DNA from: Candidatus Krumholzibacteriia bacterium
GTDB taxonomy: Bacteria > Krumholzibacteriota > Krumholzibacteriia > JAJRXK01
Length of the DNA: 64,000 nt
Assembly (NCBI GenBank): GCA_041484665.1
Contig: JBGPIA010000004.1
Location: 197,550-261,549, forward strand
Reading direction: 5' to 3'
Under the pieces are notes generated by a model. The model had not been told where the DNA came from and searched no databases. It saw only the letters and a list, made by a program, of their open reading frames with translations. A program made the translations under genes and the position numbers. Positions 18,146-28,175 of the stretch are shown piece after piece. Position 1 is the first letter of the stretch. Each line of letters starts with the position of its first letter.

Positions 18146-21100
18146 CTACTTGACGAGCATCATCTTCCTCTGCAGCACGGCGCCGTCTGCCGTCAACCGT
18201 GCGATATACACACCGCTGGCGACGCGCTGGCGGGTATCGTCGGCGCCGTCCCACACTGCCTCGTGGCGGCCGGCGGGGCGGACCTCGCTGAGCAGCAGCC
18301 GCACCCGCTCGCCGCGCACATTGTACACCTCCAATTGCACCGCGCTCTCCCGCGCCAGGTCGAACGCGATCGTGGTGCGCGGGTTGAACGGGTTGGGATG
18401 GATGGAGGCCAACGCGGTGGTCTTGGGCAAGGGCGTCACGCCCGGCGCGCCCGTCACGGCGGGCACGAACTGCAGGCGGTAGTGCCCGTCCTTGGGCAGG
18501 TCGGCGGCACCTGCCTTCCACACCGCGATGCAGTAGTAGCCTGCCACCGGGATGTCCACCACGAGCCACTCGTCATCACCGGCTGGATTGAACCAGGCGA
18601 CGCCGTTGAGCAAACCGCTGTTCTTGCCGTGATACGGCAGACCGCCCTCGTGGATCGTGAGGCCCCAATCCACCTGGCCCGCATCCTCGAACAGGCCGAT
18701 GGCGATAGGACCTGGGTCGAGGTAGACCTCGTGGAGCTTGAGGATGTGGCCCGGACCCAGCCCGAAGCCGGTAAAGACGCCGGCAGGATTGGTGCCCAGG
18801 TACGTGGAGGCGACCGTCTCGGCGGTGTAGCTTTGGGTTCCGCCGTTGTTCACTACACCCACGTCGAACGCGCGCACGGGCGAGGTGGCCCGGAAGTTCG
18901 CGAGCACGAAATCGGACTGACCGGTCGACCACCCGGACATGGTGCGCAGGACGTTGAAGCCGGCCGACGTGCCGCCGGCCATCTCGTGCAGCCGCGGGTC
19001 GACGTCGCTGGCTGCGCCGGGCATCGTGGCCGTCCCCTGCCACCAGCCGTCCCGGCCGGCTTGGACCGGCACCGGCGTGCGCAGCCCATCGCAGTTGTAC
19101 GAGACCGGCTGCAGTCCGCCCAGGATCACGTCGTCCCAGCCGCCGGTAGGATCACCAGGAGCGTTACGCGTGAAGGGCGTCGCCACGGCCAGCTGCAACG
19201 GGGACCACACCCACTGCCGGCCGTAGAAGTTGTTGAGCTCGCTGATCTCGGTCACGGTGTGGTTGTCGTCGAGGCGGTACGTGAGCGTGTGCCGCCCGCC
19301 GGGGACGTTGTAGGTGATGCTGGAATTGGAGGTCGTCAGGCCATTGGGCGAGATCGACCCCATGAAGGACGTCCCGACGTTCACGTCGTCCACGAAGTAG
19401 CGGGTGTAGAAGTTGCCCGAGCCGTTGAGACCGGCGTTGATCAGGGCCACGTTGAGGTACGTGGACGCGCTGTTGCCCGCCAGCGTGGTCGGGAAGGGAA
19501 CCGAATTGAACGTGCCGTCGGGCGCGGGGCGCGGCACGAAGGGGCCGGCCCAGCCCGCGGGCGTCGTCGGCAGCAGGTCGGCCGGCGTCATGTACGGCTG
19601 CACGATCACGTCCACCGCGAGCGCGGCCTTCACCGCCGGGACGTCCTTGGGATCGCGCCAGACGGCGACGCAGAACCAGCCGCCCGTCGTGGTGGAGGCC
19701 GTGAGCTGGGCGTGGCCGCTTGGGTCGGTTTTTGCGTACGCCGCGTAGCTCAGCAGCCCACCGGTGGCGAAGTTGTTGTCGTAGAGAGCGATCTGGATCG
19801 GCCCAGCCGAGGTGTCCACGTCGGCCGCGACGGTGAAGTTCTGCGCGGAGGGCACGTTGAACTGCCGCAGCTGGATGTAGCGGTTGGCCGGCAGCGTCAC
19901 GGCGATCGGCGTCCCGAAATTGATCGAGGAGCTGAACTCCTTGATTGCGTTGTACTGGCCGGTGCCGTCGTTGCCGTTGGTTACGCCGACGTCCCAGGTG
20001 TTCGCCCCGGAGTTGTCGAAGCGAACCAGCATCGCGTCCAGGCAGCCGGCCGGCCGCGACGATGTCCCGTAAGTCACGGCGCCCAGGAAGCTGAAGCCGT
20101 TGGTGGCCCCGCTGGTGTGGGCGTCCAGGCGGGCGTCGTAGTCGTCGCTGTTGTTGACCGCCCACACCGCCACGCACGAGTAGAAGCCTCCGGTCTGGCT
20201 GAAGGTGAGCCCGTCGCAGTTGGAGCTGACGAAGAGCGGCACCGTGGTAAATCCACCGATGGGATCAGGCGGCGCGCCGCGCGTCACCAGGGTCGACGTA
20301 TTCAGAATGAGCGGCGACCAGACCCACTGGCGGCTGTAGCGATTGTCGGTCTCGATGTGCTCGGCGTGCTCCTCGGGAGAGTCGGCCCACACCGACAGGT
20401 TGTGCCGCCCACCCGGCACCGTGATCGGACCGTTGTTCCACCAGGCCACCACCTGCCCCGGGCCGCACACGATGTTGAACGACCGCAGGGCGACGAACAG
20501 CCCGTCCCGGCGGAACTCGTTGGTCCAGGTGTCCATCGTCGGCAGCTCGCCCCCGTTGATGAAGGCAATGTTGAAATAGGTTGTGGTGGAGTTGCCGAAC
20601 AGCACGGTGGGCGCGGGCGCCGAGGTGAACGAGGCATCGGCGGCTGTGCGCGGCACGATGGGATACGCCCAGCCCGGCTCGTAGTGCCCCGGCCTCATGT
20701 CGGCCGGATAGGGATCGCGGATCGTGATCGGCCCGAACGACGCATACTGATTGTCCCAGTTGCCTGCCCGGTCCACGCTGCGGATGTTGAAGTAGTAGGC
20801 TCCGGGATTCAGGTCGGCAGTCGTGAAGGTCGTGACGTTGCCGATGTCCTTGGTGGTGTTGGGCAACGCTGGCGTATTCAGCGTCACCGAGACGCTGTAT
20901 CCATCGATCCCCGAGAGGTCGTCGGTCGCCGCCGTCCACGTGTACTGGATCGTCCCATCGGGGGAGGAGACCGCGATCGAGTGGCTGGGTGAGCCAAGAT
21001 TGCCCACCAGGCCCGGATCGGTCGTATCGGTCTGGTTGAAGCCGTTGTTCTCGCAGGTCGCCCAGAACTGGGTCTTGAGCTGCGGGTAGGCGGCCTTGAA

Positions 21101-22738
21101 CGTGGCAATGAATGCCGCGGGGGTCGTCGGCCCGTAGTTGTGCGCGAGATCCATCATGTCCTTGAAATTCAGGTCGAGCTCGTCGATCCCCTGGCTGTAG
21201 GCTGGATCGTCGTCCTGCGTAGAATCGATGATGTCGCGCAGCAGTGCCGCCATCTGCCCCTCGGACTGGAAGGCGTCGTCGAACTGGTTCACGACTCCGT
21301 CCTGGCACGGTTGCACGGTCTCGGCGTTGCGGAAAAACTGCGAAGCCAGTCCGTAGTCACTCGCCAGCGATTCGGTGAGGAAGTCGGCGGCGAAGTCGGG
21401 GAAGCCCTCCGCCCAGGCATCCTGGCCGCTCTCCTGGCACCACAGGCAGTGGCCGCAGTCACCGGAGCTGTCGCAGCGCGGTGGGGAATTGCAGTAGTCG
21501 TCGTTGTCGTAGTCGCCGAAGTCGTCCACCCAGTGGTGGCTGTACTCGTGCGAGATCGTGTCCTCTCTCCACTGCTTGCCGGCATTGATGTGCATCTCCT
21601 CCCAGAACGGAGTGTACCAGGAGTTGCTGTCGCTCTCGGGCCATTGCACATCGACCGACGGTGTGTCGTAGCCGCGGTTGTAGTACCAGCGCCAGGTTCG
21701 GGTGGCAATGGTGAGGATGTGCAGCGCCGGATAGTCGCTGGCGTACTTGGGCCGGCGGCTGCCGAAGTCGATGAAGGTCCCGGTGAAGTCCTCGATCGTG
21801 CCGGTATCCCAGATGTAGTTGTTCTCCAAGATGTCGGTCTCCTCGACCTCCACCCGGCCGTTGGCGGCCTCGAACTCGAGGTAGATATCTGGATCCTCGC
21901 TCTGGTCGTAGAGGAACGTGATGTCGAAGTAGCCGTTGGCGTCGGTGCTCGCCGCGGCGAGCTCGTCGTCCCAGTCGACGTCTTCGTCCATTACGCGCAC
22001 GGTCGCGCCGTCGGCACCGACCGCCGGGCCATCAGAGCGGTAGTAGAAGAAGCGTCCCGTCACCCGGATGTGGTAGTCCTTGTTGATCACGCCATCGCGC
22101 GGGGCGTCGCCTGCGGCCTCCTCGGCGGAGACGCCCTTGCCAAGCGCGGGCTGCGCACGCGGCGGCGCGGTCGGCGGCTCGACGCGCGCCTCGGCTGTGA
22201 CCGAGGGCGGAGGCACCAGGTCGGTGCGCGGGTCGAGCGTGGTCTGGTCCTCGCGCGCGGGGCCCTTGCCCAGCGCGGTCGTGCGCGGCGTGAGGCGGAT
22301 TTGCCGCGTGTAGACGTTCCCGTTGTACTTGAACGAGAAGACCACGGGATCCGTGGGGTCATCCGGGATCGCGCTGAAGGTGACGTCGAGGGGCACCATC
22401 GCCGTGAGCGCGGTTGGTGTGCCAGGTGGGATGCTGAACGAAACGGGCTGCCAGGTGGGGACCCCGGCTCCCGAGCGGCCCCCCAGGCCGGTCAGCGAGA
22501 AATCGCTGACCGAGGCGTTCACGGCGCCGGTGATGCGCAGCGTGCCCTGGTAGATCTGACCCTGCACGGGGTAGGTGTACGGTCCCGGTGGCAGCACCTG
22601 GACCTTGATCGGCGGGCCGAGCGTGGCGGCGACCGGGTCGGCCACGAGCATCAGGAGGAGCATCGCAAGGATCGGTGCGAGCAGCCCGCGCGCGGCGAGC
22701 GGGCCGGGGGCGGGCCGATGGGAACCACGGCGCTGCAT
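18146..22738 (-). CDS. Large secreted zinc metalloprotease-like protein with FN3-like domain, duplicated module and FlgD-Ig C-terminal domain
   Basis: Signal peptide; HEYSH plus downstream EGFPDF; YYFNIRSVDRAGNW; C-terminal PNPFNP...WDGADD...SGVYIARL...KMMLVK. Confidence 0.88.
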   Translation of the reverse strand: MQRRGSHRPAPGPLAARGLLAPILAMLLLMLVADPVAATLGPPIKVQVLPPGPYTYPVQGQIYQGTLRITGAVNASVSDFSLTGLGGRSGAGVPTWQPVSFSIPPGTPTALTAMVPLDVTFSAIPDDPTDPVVFSFKYNGNVYTRQIRLTPRTTALGKGPAREDQTTLDPRTDLVPPPSVTAEARVEPPTAPPRAQPALGKGVSAEEAAGDAPRDGVINKDYHIRVTGRFFYYRSDGPAVGADGATVRVMDEDVDWDDELAAASTDANGYFDITFLYDQSEDPDIYLEFEAANGRVEVEETDILENNYIWDTGTIEDFTGTFIDFGSRRPKYASDYPALHILTIATRTWRWYYNRGYDTPSVDVQWPESDSNSWYTPFWEEMHINAGKQWREDTISHEYSHHWVDDFGDYDNDDYCNSPPRCDSSGDCGHCLWCQESGQDAWAEGFPDFAADFLTESLASDYGLASQFFRNAETVQPCQDGVVNQFDDAFQSEGQMAALLRDIIDSTQDDDPAYSQGIDELDLNFKDMMDLAHNYGPTTPAAFIATFKAAYPQLKTQFWATCENNGFNQTDTTDPGLVGNLGSPSHSIAVSSPDGTIQYTWTAATDDLSGIDGYSVSVTLNTPALPNTTKDIGNVTTFTTADLNPGAYYFNIRSVDRAGNWDNQYASFGPITIRDPYPADMRPGHYEPGWAYPIVPRTAADASFTSAPAPTVLFGNSTTTYFNIAFINGGELPTMDTWTNEFRRDGLFVALRSFNIVCGPGQVVAWWNNGPITVPGGRHNLSVWADSPEEHAEHIETDNRYSRQWVWSPLILNTSTLVTRGAPPDPIGGFTTVPLFVSSNCDGLTFSQTGGFYSCVAVWAVNNSDDYDARLDAHTSGATNGFSFLGAVTYGTSSRPAGCLDAMLVRFDNSGANTWDVGVTNGNDGTGQYNAIKEFSSSINFGTPIAVTLPANRYIQLRQFNVPSAQNFTVAADVDTSAGPIQIALYDNNFATGGLLSYAAYAKTDPSGHAQLTASTTTGGWFCVAVWRDPKDVPAVKAALAVDVIVQPYMTPADLLPTTPAGWAGPFVPRPAPDGTFNSVPFPTTLAGNSASTYLNVALINAGLNGSGNFYTRYFVDDVNVGTSFMGSISPNGLTTSNSSITYNVPGGRHTLTYRLDDNHTVTEISELNNFYGRQWVWSPLQLAVATPFTRNAPGDPTGGWDDVILGGLQPVSYNCDGLRTPVPVQAGRDGWWQGTATMPGAASDVDPRLHEMAGGTSAGFNVLRTMSGWSTGQSDFVLANFRATSPVRAFDVGVVNNGGTQSYTAETVASTYLGTNPAGVFTGFGLGPGHILKLHEVYLDPGPIAIGLFEDAGQVDWGLTIHEGGLPYHGKNSGLLNGVAWFNPAGDDEWLVVDIPVAGYYCIAVWKAGAADLPKDGHYRLQFVPAVTGAPGVTPLPKTTALASIHPNPFNPRTTIAFDLARESAVQLEVYNVRGERVRLLLSEVRPAGRHEAVWDGADDTRQRVASGVYIARLTADGAVLQRKMMLVK

Positions 22739-22760
22739 GGTATGTCGTGCCTCCTGCCGG

Positions 22761-23393
22761 CTACTTCGGTGAACCGTTGTCGGCGCCGCCGCCCGCAGGC
22801 GCGCCGCCGTTGCCGGGCGTGGGCGCGCCAGGGCCGAGCTTCATGGCATCGATGATGGCTTGCGCCTCCTCAGCCAGGTCGGTCATGCCCATGGCGCGGG
22901 CGTGGCGCTCCTGCATCTCGATGTAGCCGAGCTCGGTGTCGAGCTTGAGCCGCTCGATCTGGCGCTCCAGCTCGAGCGCCTGATGGGCGTCCACGGCTTG
23001 CTGGAAGGCGAGCGTGAGCTGCGCGAGGCGCTGCTTGTATCCGGCCTTGGCCTGCTCCATCTCCTGGGCCAGCGCGGCGCCGAGGTTCGCGACGTTCGGG
23101 GCCTGCGCAGGAGCGATCAGCTCTGCAGGCGTCGCGTGGAGATCGACCTGCCCGCCGCGGATCCCTGCAATCTCGGCTTGGTTCACGTCCAGGTCCGCCC
23201 TCGCGAGGGTTGCGCCATCGGGGGCCGTCACTTGGATGACGGCAGCCTTCGCGGCGGTCGGCCGCTGCACGGCGGTGGCCGCGTCGACGGCAGTGGCCGC
23301 GGCGCCGGCGGCGGGCGCGGGCGCCGGCGGGGTCGTCGCCGCCATCAGTGAAAGCGATACAACTGCAACCGCGACAATTAGATAGCGACGCAT
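22761..23393 (-). CDS. Secreted coiled-coil protein upstream of the protease
   Basis: GGAGG RBS; signal peptide; helical C-half; 22 bp gap to the protease gene. Confidence 0.8.
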   Translation of the reverse strand: MRRYLIVAVAVVSLSLMAATTPPAPAPAAGAAATAVDAATAVQRPTAAKAAVIQVTAPDGATLARADLDVNQAEIAGIRGGQVDLHATPAELIAPAQAPNVANLGAALAQEMEQAKAGYKQRLAQLTLAFQQAVDAHQALELERQIERLKLDTELGYIEMQERHARAMGMTDLAEEAQAIIDAMKLGPGAPTPGNGGAPAGGGADNGSPK

Positions 23394-23683
23394 TGGCAAG
23401 CGCCTCCGGGGTGAGCGTGGGTGTGCACAGGACCGGGGAGTTGCCCAGCAACGGGTTGGGACGGTCCACCCCGGTCCCTCTCACCAGGATCAATGTCGGG
23501 CTGGGCGGCGATCGCACATGGGCCGTGGTGAGATGTCGGATGCGCGATCCCGTGCGCCCGGAAAGGCGATGCTGGATGGAAACCGGCTCGACCGGCGACG
23601 CCGCGGGGGGCTCGCGGCGCCCTCATCGGCGGGCAGCGGCCGCTCTGCCCGTTGGAGGTCGGAAGGTCTTGGTGCCGCCGGTC

Positions 23684-26086
23684 CTACGGTGCGAGTCCGG
23701 CGCGGTGCAGGAGGTCGTTGAATCGCGGGTGCCCGCGCAGGCTCGCCAGGCAGGGATCGACCTTCAGGAACAGGGCGTCGCCTCCACGCGCGCTGACGGT
23801 ATTCTCGAGCAGCGAGAGCGCCTTCTCCGTCTCCCCCAGTCGCGCGTAGAGTTGCGCCAAACGCGAGGCGTACGCGGGCCCCGTCCCCCCCATGGCGAGC
23901 GCGCGGTCGACGCACGCCCGCAGGTAACCGCGCGGGCCAGCGGCTGCATACGCCGCGCGTAGTGTCGCCACGGCTGCCGTGCCCCCTTCCTCTGCGGGGA
24001 GGTACGTCTCCAACACGTCCAACGCCGTGGCGAAGTCGCCCTTGAGCTCGCTGAACGTGACGATCTGGGAGTGAGGGAGCGCAGACGTCGGGGCGATCTC
24101 CACGGTCTTGCGTGCCTGCGCGATCGCGTCGTCGAGGCGACCGGCGTAGGCGAGCTCGGTGGCCAGATCCCAGTTGATGAGGACCGAGAATGGATCGAGC
24201 TCGCGGGCGCGCAGGTCGTGCTGGATCGCCTCGTCGGCATGCCCCTCCGCTCCAAGGATGATCGCGGACAGCAGGTGCGCCTGTGCGAGCCCCGGGTTGA
24301 GCTCGAGGGCGCGCACGAGCTCGCGCTTCGCTCCCGCCCAGTCCCAATTGCCGAAGAAGAGTGCGGCCCCCATCGAGGTGTGGGCTTCGGCAGACGCCTC
24401 GTCGCGCGCGAGCGCCTTGCGCGCGTTCTCCTCCACCTTGGGCATCGCCACCTCCAGCGGCTCCGTCGAGAAGATCTGCGCGAGCAGCAGGTGCGCGTTG
24501 GCGATCCCCGTGTAGTAGCGCGGGTCGTCCGGGTCGAGCGCAATCGCTCGCTCGAAGAGCCCGATGCTCTTGCGCACGGCCTCGTCCGACGCCATGTCCC
24601 AGAAGTGCACCCCCTCCAGGTAGAGATCGTTCGCCCCGGGGTTGACCGCGCGGCCGCCCCCCTCCATCCGTGCGTGCTCCTGCGGTGTGAGCTGGACTTG
24701 GATCATCTTCGCGATGTCGATCGCCACTTCGCGCTGGAGGGTGATGACGTCTCTCAACTCCCTCTCGTAGCTCTTCGCCCAAAGGTGCCGATCGCTCGCC
24801 GCGTCGATCAGCTGCGCGGTGATCCGCACCCGGCCCTCCGAGCGGAGGACCGAGCCCTCGATGACCGCGTCGACGCCCAGCTCGCGCGCGATCTCGGGAA
24901 GCGGCTTCTGCGTCCCCTTGAAGCGCATGACCGACGTGCGCGAGATTACCTTCAGCGCGCCGATCGGCGCGAGGTTCGTGATCAGCTCCTCGGTCATGCC
25001 GTCGGCGAAGTACTCGTACTTCGCGTCGCCCCCGAGGTTGGCCAGCGGGAGGACCGCGATGGAGCGGAAGCGCGGCGAAGACGCGCGCGGTGGGGCGGGG
25101 AACGCCCGCCCCTCGTTCGCAGGCCCGCGATGGCGGAAGAAGTCGGTCCTGCGGCCTGCAACGACCGCGACGGTCGCGCCGGCCACAACGAGGCCGAGGG
25201 CGAGCCACCTGCGCGATCGCCGCCGGAGCGGACCGGAGTGCGGCCGGACGACCGACGCGTCGTGCTGTAGTGTCTCCAGCGACGCGCGCACCTCGCTCGC
25301 GGTGCGGTAGCGCTGCCCCGGCTCCTTGGCGAGGCAGCGGAGGATCGTTGCACGCAGGCCCGGCGGCACGCGCGGCGAGAGCGGCGGCGCCGGATCGTTG
25401 ATGATTGCGGTGGCGACCTCGACCACGGAACGCCCCCCGAATGGTAGCTTGCCCGCTACCATCTCGTAGAGGACGACGCCCAACGCCCAGATGTCGCTTC
25501 GTGCGTCCGAGGCCGCACCGCTGAGGACCTCCGGCGCGAGGTATGCCGGGGTCCCGACGACGAGACCGCTCTGGGTGAGCTGGAGGGCATCATCGCCGGG
25601 GTGATCACCGTCTCCCGACGCCCGCTTCGCCAACCCGAAGTCGAGGACCTTCGCGCGGCCCTCCGGTGTGATCACGACGTTTGCCGACTTGAGATCGCGG
25701 TGGACCACACCCCGTTCGTGCGCGTGGGCGAGCGCGTCAGCGATCTGGGCGCCGTAGCGGGTCGCTGAGTCGATGGGCAGCGGCGCCAAGGCGACCAGCT
25801 CCCGGAGCGTCCTCCCCTCGACCATTTCCATCGCGATCGCGACGCTCCCGCCCTCCTCGAGCACTTCGTAGATCGTGCAGACGTGCGGGTGGTTGAGCGA
25901 GGAAGCGGTGCGCGCCTCGCGCAGGAGCCGCGCCCGGGCCGTCTCGTCCGCCAGTGCCCCGGCCGGTAGCACCTTGAGCGCGATGTCGCGGCCCAGCCGC
26001 TCGTCGTGGGCGCGGTACACGACGCCCATGCCTCCCGCGCCCAGCTGGCCCTTGATCCGGTAGCGGCCGATCGTGGTGCCGATCAT
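23684..26086 (-). CDS. Hanks-type Ser/Thr kinase with TM helix, TolB_N-like and TPR domains
   Basis: LGAGGMGVVY, HRDLKSAN, DFGLA, GTPAYLAPE; SIAVLPL.NL...YFADGMTEELI; TPRs. Confidence 0.93.
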   Translation of the reverse strand: MIGTTIGRYRIKGQLGAGGMGVVYRAHDERLGRDIALKVLPAGALADETARARLLREARTASSLNHPHVCTIYEVLEEGGSVAIAMEMVEGRTLRELVALAPLPIDSATRYGAQIADALAHAHERGVVHRDLKSANVVITPEGRAKVLDFGLAKRASGDGDHPGDDALQLTQSGLVVGTPAYLAPEVLSGAASDARSDIWALGVVLYEMVAGKLPFGGRSVVEVATAIINDPAPPLSPRVPPGLRATILRCLAKEPGQRYRTASEVRASLETLQHDASVVRPHSGPLRRRSRRWLALGLVVAGATVAVVAGRRTDFFRHRGPANEGRAFPAPPRASSPRFRSIAVLPLANLGGDAKYEYFADGMTEELITNLAPIGALKVISRTSVMRFKGTQKPLPEIARELGVDAVIEGSVLRSEGRVRITAQLIDAASDRHLWAKSYERELRDVITLQREVAIDIAKMIQVQLTPQEHARMEGGGRAVNPGANDLYLEGVHFWDMASDEAVRKSIGLFERAIALDPDDPRYYTGIANAHLLLAQIFSTEPLEVAMPKVEENARKALARDEASAEAHTSMGAALFFGNWDWAGAKRELVRALELNPGLAQAHLLSAIILGAEGHADEAIQHDLRARELDPFSVLINWDLATELAYAGRLDDAIAQARKTVEIAPTSALPHSQIVTFSELKGDFATALDVLETYLPAEEGGTAAVATLRAAYAAAGPRGYLRACVDRALAMGGTGPAYASRLAQLYARLGETEKALSLLENTVSARGGDALFLKVDPCLASLRGHPRFNDLLHRAGLAP

Positions 26087-26320
26087 GAGAGAGGGACTCT
26101 CCCCGTCGAACGTAGCGTGAGGGAGTGCAGGAGGGGGAGAGTCTAGCGCACGCGCCGGCGGCCGGCCACCGCGAGGGCCAGCGCGCGACCTCGTGAGCGA
26201 GGCCTGTGCCCATCAACCCCACGGGAGCGCTGGACCCGACGGTGCGCGCGGGATCGGATCCTGGGCAAACGCGGGCGGTGCCCCACGGGGCCGCCGATCG
26301 CGGTGGTGGGGCGCCCTGGG

Positions 26321-27784
26321 TTAGATGTACCGCCCGATATCGATGTTGCGGATGACGGGGTCGATGCACTCGACGATCTCGTCGGTGTGCTGGCCCGTCT
26401 CTGGATCCAGCGCCGCCAGGTCGAGGAGGGTGGTCTGCCGCGGCCGGCGTCCACGCTCGTCCTGCAGCACGCGGACGACGGGGCGGTCGGAGGCCTCGAT
26501 GTTCGTCTCCACGACCAGTCCGATCGGCCCGCTCTTGAGCTTGACCACGCTGCCGATCGGGTAGACCCCCATCATCGAGCAGAACGCCTCGACCAGCTCG
26601 CTGTCGAATGCGGTTCCGGCCTGCTTGCGCAGCATCTTCAGCACCTCGAACGGGCGAGCCTGGCTACGGTAGGGCCGGATGGTGGTGAAGGCATCGTAGA
26701 CGTCGGCGATCTTCACGATGCGGCTGCCGCGCAGGATGTCCTTGTAGGGCAGTGGCGGATAGCCCGTGCCATCCATGTTGAGGTGATGTTCGATGGCGAT
26801 CCGAGGTGCGATCTCGTTCGTGCACGCCGCTTCGCGCAGGATGTCGGCGCCGTCGGCGGGGTGCTTCTTCATGATGGACCACTCCACGGGAGTGAAGCGC
26901 CCGGGCTTGTTGAGCACCTCCAGCGGAGTGTAGAGCTTACCGATGTCGTGGATGAGCGCGGCGACGCCGAACTCCTCCAGGTCGCGGCCTTTCCAGCCGA
27001 TGGCGCGCGCGAGGGCGATCGAGAGCAGCCCCACGTTGATCGAGTGGTCATACGTGTAGGGGTCGTGACGCCGCAGACTGGCCAGGATCAGCGTGATCTC
27101 CTCGCGTCCACCCATGTTCCCGGCCAGGGCGGAAAGGGTGGAGTTGCGCTGTCCCACGGGGGCGGCTTCGGGATTGGAATGCCCCTGTGTGATGGTCTCG
27201 ATGGCGGAGGTGATCTCCCCCACCATCTCGCGAACTTCGCGGCCGGCGCCCTCGTCCTCGCTCAGCATCGAGCCGAGCCGGCTGCGCTTGAGCACCTGGG
27301 GAAGCTCGATGCTCGCCTCGGGGCCGCCCTCCTGCGCACTCAGCTCGACGTGCTCCAGCAGCTGCCGCAGGTCGTCGCCGATGGCAGCCTCCTTGGTCTG
27401 CAGCAGGCGCAGGAGCTCCATCACCTCGCGTACGCTGACGTCAGGATGGAAGACGAGCGCGCGCAGCCCTTTGCGCCGGACCATCCCGTGGAGCTGACGC
27501 ACGGCGCGCGGGAGCTGGGTCATCTCCTCGCCGCGCGCGGCCAGGCCCTTGGCGGTGAACTCCAGCCGCAGCGGCTGCTCGCGGCTCTGGTCGACCAGCA
27601 GCTGCTGGAGGATCAGGGTCTGGTTGTAGACCTCGCGATCCAGCCATGAGAAGCGCAGAGCGCTGCGCAGGACGCTGCAAATGAGTGCGGTCAGCGCTAC
27701 GAGCCGGCCGGCGGAGGCTTGACCCTGCTCCTGGGCGGACTCCTCCGGAAGCGCTGGAAGTGTCGATATTCTAGAGACTTCCAA
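26321..27784 (-). CDS. HD-GYP domain cyclic-dinucleotide phosphodiesterase (start uncertain)
   Basis: YTYDHSINV, HDIGK, HH.NMDGTGYP, ADVYDA.TTIRPYR; C-terminal GVYPIGSVVKL extension. Confidence 0.88.
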   Translation of the reverse strand: MEVSRISTLPALPEESAQEQGQASAGRLVALTALICSVLRSALRFSWLDREVYNQTLILQQLLVDQSREQPLRLEFTAKGLAARGEEMTQLPRAVRQLHGMVRRKGLRALVFHPDVSVREVMELLRLLQTKEAAIGDDLRQLLEHVELSAQEGGPEASIELPQVLKRSRLGSMLSEDEGAGREVREMVGEITSAIETITQGHSNPEAAPVGQRNSTLSALAGNMGGREEITLILASLRRHDPYTYDHSINVGLLSIALARAIGWKGRDLEEFGVAALIHDIGKLYTPLEVLNKPGRFTPVEWSIMKKHPADGADILREAACTNEIAPRIAIEHHLNMDGTGYPPLPYKDILRGSRIVKIADVYDAFTTIRPYRSQARPFEVLKMLRKQAGTAFDSELVEAFCSMMGVYPIGSVVKLKSGPIGLVVETNIEASDRPVVRVLQDERGRRPRQTTLLDLAALDPETGQHTDEIVECIDPVIRNIDIGRYI

Positions 27785-28052
27785 GGCGGTTGCACCCCTG
27801 GGTGATGGGGACCCCCCCGCGGTGGAGCCATTGCCGCCGGGGCACGATGAGGCGGCTGCATAGGGCGGGCCAGCGAGGGGCAGCTGCAGGCCCCGGACGG
27901 GAGGCGGGGCCTGCCTGCGAGCGCCCCCCAGGCGGGCCGTGGGAAGGAGTTGCCGCGCAGCCAGCGCGCGAGATTGCGCTTGTGACCAGCCGCGTGCGGG
28001 CACGTGCCGGAGCGCGACCGGAGGGGCGAGCGGGACGCGCTCGCGGCGGCGA

Positions 28053-28175
28053 GCGAAGCGGCGATTCTGCGAAGCGGCCACTCTAGCAGAGCAGCCACCC
28101 AGCAGAGCGGCGACGCAGCGAAGCGGCCACTCGGCGCAGAGCCGCCGCAGCGAAGGGGCGCCGCGGCGAAGCGGC
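28053..28175. repeat. Degenerate intergenic array of about 8 units of 14-18 bp
   Basis: Cores GCGAAGCGGC / GCAGAGCGGC recur with short variable linkers. Confidence 0.7.

Noticed and set aside
23430..23495. SAM-I riboswitch (GAGGGAC...GGCAAC)
   Set aside because: Pseudoknot GGCCC, GGUGC and P1 AUC/GAU pairing are not in the required arrangement
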